NCBI GenBank assembly: GCA_039630085.1
Contig: JBCNVM010000008.1
Span: 1 to 64,000, forward strand
From: Candidatus Caldarchaeales archaeon
GTDB taxonomy: Archaea > Thermoproteota > Nitrososphaeria_A > Caldarchaeales > Calditenuaceae
Direction of reading: 5' to 3'
DNA length: 64,000 nucleotides
A program made the translations under genes and the position numbers. Positions 56,579 to 64,000 of this stretch are shown here, in pieces (positions within the stretch are counted from its first letter, which is position 1; each line of letters begins with the position of its first letter). A model generated the notes under the pieces. The model did no database searches. It saw only the letters and a list, made by a program, of their open reading frames with translations, and was not told where the DNA came from.

Positions 56579-57475
56579 CTACGTAGCGCGCCTGCGGGCC
56601 GCGCGGCCGATCAGCTCCGCGACCTCGGGCGGGTAGGTAGGCTCACCGCGCCTTCCGTGGACCAGCACCCTGACCCGCTCCTCGTAGAACCTGTCGAGGT
56701 AGACCCCCGGGCCCAAGGAGACCGTCTCGGCAGACAGCAAGTAGCCGAGGAACCGCTCCCGGACCGAATCGTCCTCGGAGGTCATGACCTCGAGGGGCGC
56801 CAGCGCGTAGAGCGGCCTGTCCTGGACTAAGTGCCTCGTCGACTTCGGGGGGAACCTCATGCCCCTCTTGGCCCACTCGAAGACCTCCTCCTTCCTCAGC
56901 GTCGGGACCGCGTATCCGACCCTGTACCTGCCGGACCTGATGCCGGAGAGGACGTTCGACTCGGTGTCGTACCTTATCCCGAACCGCCTGAGGGCCTCGT
57001 CGGCCCTGGTGACCTCCCGCAGGGGGAAGGCGTCGCGGGGCGAGTCCGAGCGCAGGAGGTAGGCGGAGTTGGACCCGTGGGCCAGCACTAGGACCGAGCC
57101 CTCCCTCCTCTCCAGGGCCATGAGCCCCTCCTCGACCGCGACCGGCTCGGGGGCCGCGTCCAGCGACGCCCTCAACGCCTCGAGCACTTCCCCGATGCCC
57201 GGGTCACCGTCGATAGCCCTGTACCAGGCCCTCAGCTCCACCTCTTCCGAGAAGTAGTCCACCGAGTAGACCAGCACCGCCCTGGCTCCCGCTCTCTTCA
57301 GGGCCTCGAACCTGTGGGAGCCGTCGAGGATGACGCCGTGCGACGCCTCCGCGACTATGGGGTGGTAGAGCTTCCCGGCCGAGAGCAGTTCGCGGCCTAT
57401 CGAGGCCACGAGCTCCTCCAAGATCTCCTCGTGGGGCCTGAGCCGGTCCACCTCGACGAAGGCCAGCCGGCCCAT
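56579..57475 (-). CDS. ParB/Srx-fold protein, SerK-like free-serine kinase family
   Basis: LRPHE, ILDGSHR, DYFSEEV..WY, KEEV......G..FPPKSTRH match Thermococcus SerK motifs as I recall them. Confidence 0.7.
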   Translation of the reverse strand: MGRLAFVEVDRLRPHEEILEELVASIGRELLSAGKLYHPIVAEASHGVILDGSHRFEALKRAGARAVLVYSVDYFSEEVELRAWYRAIDGDPGIGEVLEALRASLDAAPEPVAVEEGLMALERREGSVLVLAHGSNSAYLLRSDSPRDAFPLREVTRADEALRRFGIRYDTESNVLSGIRSGRYRVGYAVPTLRKEEVFEWAKRGMRFPPKSTRHLVQDRPLYALAPLEVMTSEDDSVRERFLGYLLSAETVSLGPGVYLDRFYEERVRVLVHGRRGEPTYPPEVAELIGRAARRRAT

Positions 57476-57564
57476 CTCACCACGTCATTCACCTCGAGCA
57501 CCTGCTATAAATGGGAGGGCTGGGCCTCAGCAGACCCGACCGAGGGGGACACCCGAAGGGCTCC

Positions 57565-58962
57565 TCAGCCGACGCTGCCGCTCATCTCGAGCTCTATCAG
57601 CCTGTTGAACTCGATCGCGTACTCCATCGGCAGGGTCTTCGTGAAACCCTCGAAGAACCCCAGGACGATCATGTTGAGGGCCTCCTGCTCCGGTATGCCC
57701 CTGCTCATGAGGTAGAAGAGCTGGTCCTCCCCGATCTTCCCGACCGTCGCCTCGTGGGTGATCGTCGCGTCGTCCTCCTGGATCTCGTTGTATGGGTACG
57801 TGTCGGTCCTGGACTTATCATCGAGGATCAGCGAGTCGCACCTGACGCTGGACTTGACCCTCCTCGCGCCCCTCGAGACGTGCAGGAGCCCCCTGTAGGT
57901 CACCCTGCCGCCGTCCTTGCAGACCGACTTGGACGTTATCCTGCTGGTCGTGTCGGGAGCCAGGTGTATCACCTTCGCGCCCGTGTCCTGGTGCTGCCCG
58001 CGTCCCGCAAAGGCCACCGAGAGGATCTCAGCCCTCGCGCCCCTCCCGAGCAGGTAGACGCTCGGGTACTTCATGGTGACCTTGCTGCCTATGTTGGCGT
58101 CGACCCACTCGACCGTGGCCTCCTCGTACGCGAAGGACCTCTTCGTGACCAGGTTGTAGACGTCGGTGCTCCAGTTCTGGAGGGTCGTGTACCTGACGTG
58201 GGCGCCCTTCATCGCGATCACCTCGACCACCGCGGCGTGGAGGCTCTCCGTGCTGTAGATCGGGGCCGTGCACCCCTCTATGTAGTGGACCTTGCTGTAG
58301 GGCTCAGCTATGATCAGCGTCCTCTCGAACTGGCCGATGTTGGAGGCGTTGATCCTGAAGTAGGCCTGAAGGGGGAACTCGACGTGGACGCCCTCCGGGA
58401 CGTAGACGAAGGAGCCGCCACTCCAGACCGCGGTGTTGAGGGCCGCGAACTTGTTGTCGTCCGGAGGGACGACGGTCCCGAAGTACCTCCTCACGATCTC
58501 CGGGTACTCCCTGACGGCCGTGTCCATGTCGCAGAAGATCACTCCGAGCTTCTCCAGCTCTTTCCTGACGTTGTGGTAGACGACCTCGGAGTCGTACTGC
58601 GCTCCAACCCCTGCCAGGAACTTCCTCTCGGCCTCAGGTATCCCGAGCCTCTCGAAGGTCCTCTTGATGTACTCGGGGACCTCGTCCCAGCTCCTGTACT
58701 TCCCCTCGGTCGGCCGGACGTAGTACCTCATCCTCTGGAAGTCGAGCGCGCTCAGGTCGGCGCCCCACTTCGGCATCGGCTTCTCGAGGAAGATCCTGTA
58801 GGCCTGTAACCTCTTCCTCCTCATCCACTCCGGCTCGCCCTTGATCCTCGAGATCTCGTCGACCACCTCCTCGGAGATTCCAGGTTTCGTCGTGTACACC
58901 GGCTGGACCTCGTCCTTGAAGTCGTACCTGCTGTAGTCGAATCGGATTTCCTGAGACACCAT
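57565..58962 (-). CDS. sufB: Fe-S cluster assembly protein SufB
   Basis: [43 protein letters not shown]. Confidence 0.96.
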   Translation of the reverse strand: MVSQEIRFDYSRYDFKDEVQPVYTTKPGISEEVVDEISRIKGEPEWMRRKRLQAYRIFLEKPMPKWGADLSALDFQRMRYYVRPTEGKYRSWDEVPEYIKRTFERLGIPEAERKFLAGVGAQYDSEVVYHNVRKELEKLGVIFCDMDTAVREYPEIVRRYFGTVVPPDDNKFAALNTAVWSGGSFVYVPEGVHVEFPLQAYFRINASNIGQFERTLIIAEPYSKVHYIEGCTAPIYSTESLHAAVVEVIAMKGAHVRYTTLQNWSTDVYNLVTKRSFAYEEATVEWVDANIGSKVTMKYPSVYLLGRGARAEILSVAFAGRGQHQDTGAKVIHLAPDTTSRITSKSVCKDGGRVTYRGLLHVSRGARRVKSSVRCDSLILDDKSRTDTYPYNEIQEDDATITHEATVGKIGEDQLFYLMSRGIPEQEALNMIVLGFFEGFTKTLPMEYAIEFNRLIELEMSGSVG

Positions 58963-58964
58963 TT

Positions 58965-58983
58965 GCTATAACGCCGTTATGGC
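58965..58983. promoter_or_regulatory. Palindromic operator candidate between the sufB TATA region and start codon
   Basis: GCTATAACGCCGTTATGGC with core ATAACG-N-CGTTAT, next to AT-rich ATTATTTAATTATA. Confidence 0.55.
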
Positions 58984-59064
58984 ATTATTTAATTATAGAG
59001 CCGCGACTCGTGCTCGCAGTCCCGGGAATCAGGGTTATGAGATGCGCGGAGGCTCGTCGGGCGA

Positions 59065-59388
59065 ATGAGCACCTTCGTCTACGACGAGCTCCTGCTGCCC
59101 GAGGAGGCGGTAGAGGGGGCCGCGAGGACCGGAAAGGTCGCCCGGATCAACTACCTCAAGAGATACGGAGAGGAGCCGCCGGGATGGGTGATCGGCTACG
59201 GCAGGCTGGAGGGGAGGAGGTTCTACCTCGAGGGCGAGATCGTGGCGAGGCATCTGATCATCAACGCGAAGAGCTACGGGATGATCGCGTTTCAGGACGT
59301 GCCCGGTGGCGAGACGGTGGACAGGGGATGGATAATGGTCCCGTACAGGAGGATCGAGTTCGACGGCGAGCTCTGCGTGATCGAGTGA
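59065..59388 (+). CDS. Hypothetical protein
   Basis: Clean ATG ORF with genome-typical codons, divergent from sufB. Confidence 0.7.
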   Translation: MSTFVYDELLLPEEAVEGAARTGKVARINYLKRYGEEPPGWVIGYGRLEGRRFYLEGEIVARHLIINAKSYGMIAFQDVPGGETVDRGWIMVPYRRIEFDGELCVIE

Positions 59389-59391
59389 CCG

Positions 59392-60543
59392 TCAGAAGAC
59401 CGGCCTGATCGGAGACTTCAACGGCTTTATCGACTTCCCGAAGAACCTGACGAAGGAACCCATGTCCTCGAGGGTGCTGGTCCCGGCGAGGACATCGACG
59501 TAGGGCATCGCGGTGAGCATCCCAACGGTCATCGGCCTGAAGTTCGGCTTGTCGGCGTGGGGGTTCAGCCACACGATCTTCCCCACCCTCACCCTCAGGC
59601 CCTCCATGCTCTCCCTCAGCACCTCCGGCTCCCCCGTGTCCCAGCCGTCGCTGACTATGATGGCGACCCAGGACCTGTCGACGAGCGTGCCGTACCGCTC
59701 GAGGAACGTCCTGAGGCAGCTGCCGATCCTAGTCCCGCTCCCCCAGAGGTCCACCCTCTCGGAGAGCCTCCTCCTGATCTCCTCGAGGTTCGTCGTCTCC
59801 AGGAGCTCCGTGACCCGCATCAGCCTCGTGCTGAAGACGAAGACCTCGACCCTCCTCGCGAGGCGCCTGATGAGGTACATCGCCCTGACGATCCACTCGT
59901 TGTAGGTGTCCATGGACCCGCTGATGTCGAAGAACGCCACGACCCGCAGCCTCGAGAGTACCTTGCTCGACCTCTTCAGCTCCATCAGCTCCGCCGCGGT
60001 CCCGAGCGCAGACCTCATCGTCCTCGGGAAGTCCAGCTCCCCCTTCGCCGACCTCCTGTACCTCCTGCCCTCCAGGACCGCGAGCCTCCTCCTCATCCTC
60101 CTTATCACGCGCTTCCCGGCCTTCACCCTCATCGGGTCGATGGGCTTCAGGACGCGCTTGTGGAGTGTCTCCATCGGGCTGTACATGAAGACGTCCACCG
60201 ACTTGTCCTGCTGCTGGCCCCCGCTCTGGTCCTGAACCGCCCTGACCGCCGAAAGCCTCTGGGAGCTGCTCTCGCTCCCTTCGCCGGCCCTCTCGCCCTC
60301 CTCGCCCACCTCCTCTCCGGAGGTGGCCTGTGAGACCGCCTGCTGGAAGACCTCCTCCAAGAGGTGGAACTTCGAGGGGTCCTTGATCATCGTGACCCTG
60401 ATGGCCGTCTTGAGCTCGGGGAGCCCGTAGGACCTGACGTGGTAGAGGGCCTCGCACGCGTCTAGGGACTCGGATACCCCCACCTTCAGCTGCCTCTCCC
60501 TGAGGAGGTTGGCGAGCTCCACGACGAACCTGTACGCGTCCAA
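59392..60543 (-). CDS. CoxE-like VWA domain protein
   Basis: DISGSM MIDAS, VFSTRL, GTRIG, SDGWD, WLNP. Confidence 0.88.
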   Translation of the reverse strand: MDAYRFVVELANLLRERQLKVGVSESLDACEALYHVRSYGLPELKTAIRVTMIKDPSKFHLLEEVFQQAVSQATSGEEVGEEGERAGEGSESSSQRLSAVRAVQDQSGGQQQDKSVDVFMYSPMETLHKRVLKPIDPMRVKAGKRVIRRMRRRLAVLEGRRYRRSAKGELDFPRTMRSALGTAAELMELKRSSKVLSRLRVVAFFDISGSMDTYNEWIVRAMYLIRRLARRVEVFVFSTRLMRVTELLETTNLEEIRRRLSERVDLWGSGTRIGSCLRTFLERYGTLVDRSWVAIIVSDGWDTGEPEVLRESMEGLRVRVGKIVWLNPHADKPNFRPMTVGMLTAMPYVDVLAGTSTLEDMGSFVRFFGKSIKPLKSPIRPVF

Positions 60544-60546
60544 CCC

Positions 60547-61458
60547 TCAGCCCATTCTCGAGAGGGTCGAGAGGAGGGAGTCGACGTCCACCCGTATCAG
60601 GTCGTCTTGGGACTTGATGACGCAGATCAGGGTCGACCTCAGGACGTCCCTGTTCAGCTCCTTCGCGCCTATCCTCATCATCGCGTTCGCCCAGTCGAGG
60701 GTCTCCGAGATCCCCGGCTTCTTCATTATGTCGGGCCTGGACCTCAGGACGTTGACGAGGTTCACAAGCTGCTCCGCGAGGCCTTCGTTGAGGCCCTTCA
60801 CCTTCAGCCTCAGGATCCTCAGCTCCTTCTCCCTCGGCGGATAGGTGACGTAGTAGTAGAGGCACCTCCTCTTGAGGCCGTCGCCTATCTCACGGGTCCT
60901 GTTCGAGGTGAGTATCACTATGGGCTCGGTCTTCGCCTTCAGTGTCCCGATCTCTGGTATGGTGACCTGGTACTCCGCTAGGAACTCGAGGAGGAAACCC
61001 TCGAACTCCTCGTCGGCCCTGTCGATCTCGTCGATCAGCAGCACCGGCGGAACCGGGCCGTCGTGCATCACCGCCTTCAGCAGCGGCCTCTTCAACAGGA
61101 ACCTCTCGCTGAAGATCTCGCTCTCGATCTCGTGGACGTCCTTCCGGCTCTCGAGCATCTTGATGTAGAGCAGCTGCCTCGGGTAGTCCCACTCGTAGAT
61201 CGCGTCCGAGGCGTCGAGCCCCTCGTAGCACTGGAGCCTGATCAACGTGGTGCCCAGTACCTCCGCGAGGACCTTCGCGACCTCGGTCTTCCCGCACCCG
61301 GGCTCCCCCTCGATCAGCAGGGGCTTCCGCATCTGGATCGCGAGGAAGAGGGCGGTCGCGAGCTCCCTGTCTGCGACGTAAAGCCTCTCCTCGAGGGCCT
61401 TGATCAGGCCCTCGATCGTCAGGTCCTTGAGTGACGCGGGCCTGTTCTGAGCGGCCAC
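60547..61458 (-). CDS. MoxR-family AAA+ ATPase, CoxD-like
   Basis: GEPGCGKT, RLQCYEGLD, YEWDY, LLIDEIDRAD, LTSN, KPGISETLDW; GTG start at 61458 after GGTGAG. Confidence 0.9.
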   Translation of the reverse strand: MAAQNRPASLKDLTIEGLIKALEERLYVADRELATALFLAIQMRKPLLIEGEPGCGKTEVAKVLAEVLGTTLIRLQCYEGLDASDAIYEWDYPRQLLYIKMLESRKDVHEIESEIFSERFLLKRPLLKAVMHDGPVPPVLLIDEIDRADEEFEGFLLEFLAEYQVTIPEIGTLKAKTEPIVILTSNRTREIGDGLKRRCLYYYVTYPPREKELRILRLKVKGLNEGLAEQLVNLVNVLRSRPDIMKKPGISETLDWANAMMRIGAKELNRDVLRSTLICVIKSQDDLIRVDVDSLLSTLSRMG

Positions 61459-61601
61459 GAGCTCACCAGACTTCCGATGCCGAGTTCCACCACTAAAAGA
61501 TTTTCCCAGAGAAATCGCCCGATCGCGTCTCAGCGACTGAGGACCAGCGCGCGACCTCTCGCGGTTCAACAATTATATCGCGGACCTCAGGAGTAGACGG
61601 G

Positions 61602-61784
61602 ATGGCCCAGATCAGGGTCAGCGACGAGACCTACGCGGAGATCGTCAGGGTCAAGGCGAGGCTCGAGGAGATCACGGGCAGGCACCTCACCTTCTGCGAC
61701 ACCCTGAAGTACCTCTGCGAGATGTTCCACGAGAGCTGCCGGGAGGGAAGGCCTCCGAGGGCCTACAGACTCCTCAGGCCCTGA
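61602..61784 (+). CDS. Small ribbon-helix-helix/antitoxin-like DNA-binding protein
   Basis: IRVSDETY..I...K...TF.DTL..L pattern; TATA-like TTATAT upstream. Confidence 0.6.
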   Translation: MAQIRVSDETYAEIVRVKARLEEITGRHLTFCDTLKYLCEMFHESCREGRPPRAYRLLRP

Positions 61785-61799
61785 AAGTCCTCGACCCGC

Positions 61800-62393
61800 T
61801 CACCAGCCGCCCTCACGCGTGTAGGGATAGCTCCAGAGCGCGACCGTCAGGACCACGGCCTTGAACCACGCGTTGTACATGCGCTCCACGTCCTCAGCGC
61901 TGCGGCCCTTCTTCGCGAGGAAGGGCTTGATCGTCGCGGTTATGGGGTATACGAACGCTATCAGGTATCTGAGGGGGATGTGTGGGACGCTGTCGACGCC
62001 GTCCGTGACGTTCTTCTTCGTCCTGTGATGCCGCCTCCCGATCTCCAACTGGTAGTCGAGCCACGCGCCATCGAACCCCCTCTCGCAGAGGTCCAATATC
62101 CATCTCCCGAACCTCCTCCTCACGGCCTCGAGGTACTCGGGTATCGGCCTGCCGGTCCTCCTGTCGGCGAAGTAGTGGACTAGGTGAGGGTTGGACCCGA
62201 CCCATCGGTACCAGAGGTCGAGCACGTCCTCCACCTGATCCCTCAGGGCCTCGCCGGCCATCTTGAGGTACTTGACGTCCTCGTCGTCGATCATCACGGA
62301 CTTCTTCAGAAGCTCGAACTCCTCCCGTGTGATGGGGAACTTCTCCAACCGAGGCGACCCGAGCTCGTATCCCGGTATGCGTGCGCCGGTCAC
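61800..62393 (-). CDS. Protoglobin
   Basis: IPGY, LDLWY.WV, RFGRWILD, EIGRRHHRTKKNVTD, IPLRYLIAF, LWSYPY. Confidence 0.92.
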   Translation of the reverse strand: MTGARIPGYELGSPRLEKFPITREEFELLKKSVMIDDEDVKYLKMAGEALRDQVEDVLDLWYRWVGSNPHLVHYFADRRTGRPIPEYLEAVRRRFGRWILDLCERGFDGAWLDYQLEIGRRHHRTKKNVTDGVDSVPHIPLRYLIAFVYPITATIKPFLAKKGRSAEDVERMYNAWFKAVVLTVALWSYPYTREGGW

Positions 62394-62461
62394 ATCCGGC
62401 CGGGCGCGCGTCCGAGCTTAAGCCTGCGTCGACGCTGTCGACGGAGTCCACGCGAACCCCT

Positions 62462-63445
62462 CTACTTGCCCTCTCGCTGGACGTCGCTGACGTCAGGCAG
62501 GACGATGTCGGGCTCGTGGATGACGAAGCCCTGCGCTATCCTCCTGATCTTGGGGAGGAGCCTGAAGAGCTCGTTCTTAGCGAGGACCGTGTTCACCGCG
62601 TACCAGCCGGGGGTCGAGAGCCTGCTGACCGTTGGGGCCTTGAGGGCCGGGAGCGAGCTCAGCAGCTCCTCGAGGTTCTCCTCCCTGACGTTCAGGAACA
62701 AATGGACCCTCTTCCTCGACTCTATCACGCCCCTGAACATCGTGAGGATGTCCAGGATCTTCTCCCTCTTCCACGGGTCCCTCATCGCGTCCCTGTTCGC
62801 GATCAGCGCCGCCGAGCTGACCATGATCTGCTCGATGACCCTGAGGTTGTTCTGCTCCAGCGTCCTCCCGGTCTCGGTGTTGTCGACTATCGCGTCCGCC
62901 TCCTCCGGCGGCTTCGCCTCGGTCGCGCCGAAGGAGAGGTACACGCCGATCCTGTCGTTCTCGCCGGTCCTGAACCAGGGCGTCACGATGGTCGGCGAGG
63001 CGTCGCCGAAGTGCGTCCTGTAGACCGGGTTGCTCGCCACGAACCGGGACGTGAGCCTGAGGTACTCCGTCGAGATCCTCACGGGCTTTCCCTCCCTTAT
63101 CCTCCTCTCGAGGAATTCCCCGAGGTCCCTGGAGTCGTCCCACGCGGGGACCGCCATTACGAGCCTCACCCTGCCGTACTCGAGGTCCTGGAGCACCTCG
63201 ACGTCCGCGCCCGTCTCCGCGACCCAGTCGAAGCCCGTTATCCCCAAGTCGTGGAACCCCTCCTGGACGTAGACCGGGATCTCCTGAGGTCTTAGGATCT
63301 TCAGCTGTATCTCCTCGTCGCTAATCGAGGGCCTGTAGGACCTGTCGGCGCCTCGTACCTCGTAGTAGGCCTCCTGGAGGAGCCTGAGCGTCTCCTGCTC
63401 CAGCGAGCCCTTCGGTATCGCGAACCTCAGCCTCTTGGCCTGCAA
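62462..63445 (-). CDS. hisG: ATP phosphoribosyltransferase, long form
   Basis: AIPKGSL, RPQEIP, DLGITG.D, STEY, GATE, TGRTL..N.L, C-terminal PTVS domain. Confidence 0.93.
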   Translation of the reverse strand: MQAKRLRFAIPKGSLEQETLRLLQEAYYEVRGADRSYRPSISDEEIQLKILRPQEIPVYVQEGFHDLGITGFDWVAETGADVEVLQDLEYGRVRLVMAVPAWDDSRDLGEFLERRIREGKPVRISTEYLRLTSRFVASNPVYRTHFGDASPTIVTPWFRTGENDRIGVYLSFGATEAKPPEEADAIVDNTETGRTLEQNNLRVIEQIMVSSAALIANRDAMRDPWKREKILDILTMFRGVIESRKRVHLFLNVREENLEELLSSLPALKAPTVSRLSTPGWYAVNTVLAKNELFRLLPKIRRIAQGFVIHEPDIVLPDVSDVQREGK

Positions 63446-63484
63446 CCTGCCCGACGCGGACCCACCTCCTATATCTGCCTCAAC

Positions 63485-64000
63485 TCAGACGGGGAAGAGG
63501 GGCCGCTTGACGATCGAGTTCAGCCTCGCGGCGTAGGCCTCCAGGAGCGGCTCCAGGGCCCTCCAGACCGCGTCCCTGAGCTCTCCCGGTTCAACGACCT
63601 CGTCCACCACGCCGGCCCCCAGCAGCCTCTCGCCCCCGGCGAACCCGGACTTCAGCTCCGCCGCGAAGGAACCGAGTAGCTCCTCCCTCCTCTCCGGCGG
63701 CGCGGCCTCCAGCTCCCTCCTCCTGACGATCTCCGCGGCGAGCCTCGGCTCCTGGACCATCACCTCGCTCTCGGGGAGCGCGACGACGTGGTCTGCTCCG
63801 AGCCCCTTGCTGCACATCGAGACGAACCCTCCGGCGTAGGCCCTCCTCAGGAGCACGGTCACTTTGGGGACGCTGGAGGTCGAGTAGGCGTGCAGCAGCT
63901 TCGCGCCGTGCCTCGGCAGGTTCGAGTGCTCCTGGTCAGGCCCGGGCTCGAAGCCGACCGTGTCCACGAACGTGATCACCGGGAGGTTGTTCTTGTCGCA
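63485..64000 (-). CDS. Acyl-CoA carboxylase carboxyltransferase subunit, C-terminal part
   Basis: CDKNNLPVITFVDTVGF.PG..QE, GAKLLHAY, RRAYAG, VDEVVEP. Confidence 0.85.
   Translation of the reverse strand, partial: CDKNNLPVITFVDTVGFEPGPDQEHSNLPRHGAKLLHAYSTSSVPKVTVLLRRAYAGGFVSMCSKGLGADHVVALPESEVMVQEPRLAAEIVRRRELEAAPPERREELLGSFAAELKSGFAGGERLLGAGVVDEVVEPGELRDAVWRALEPLLEAYAARLNSIVKRPLFPV

Noticed and set aside
1-64000. Very frequent CTCGAG, GTCGAC and TCGA words as repeats or a CRISPR array
   Set aside because: Explained by codon pairs such as CTC-GAG and GTC-GAC; no regularly spaced repeat-spacer array was seen.

Overview
A 64 kb, very GC-rich archaeal chromosomal segment, densely coded with many overlapping start/stop (NTGA) junctions. 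Exosome, GINS-MCM, Hel308, aIF2-gamma, Rpo3, L18e, a CdvB/ESCRT-III paralogue and a eukaryote-like ubiquitin-E2-E1 operon point to a TACK archaeon, most plausibly Caldarchaeales ('Aigarchaeota'); that placement is an inference. Most of the window is housekeeping and transport. No rRNA, CRISPR array, transposase or integrase was seen; there is one tRNA (Ser-UGA). The most notable items: (1) an AT-richer operon at 32.4-35.7 kb encoding three paralogous small secreted beta-proteins with a shared N-terminal motif, a SipW-type signal peptidase and a repeat-containing membrane-anchored protein, a candidate uncharacterised donor-strand surface-fibre system; (2) a ubiquitin operon whose ubiquitin is encoded already ending in Gly-Gly, with no RING E3 or JAB gene alongside and an unknown coiled-coil gene after E1; (3) a separate, translationally coupled Rpn11-like JAB + coiled-coil + m4C DNA methyltransferase operon. 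Smaller unannotated elements include a 31-aa zinc-finger microprotein and a likely C/D-box sRNA. All protein calls come from motif recognition by eye, not database searches, and many start codons are approximate.
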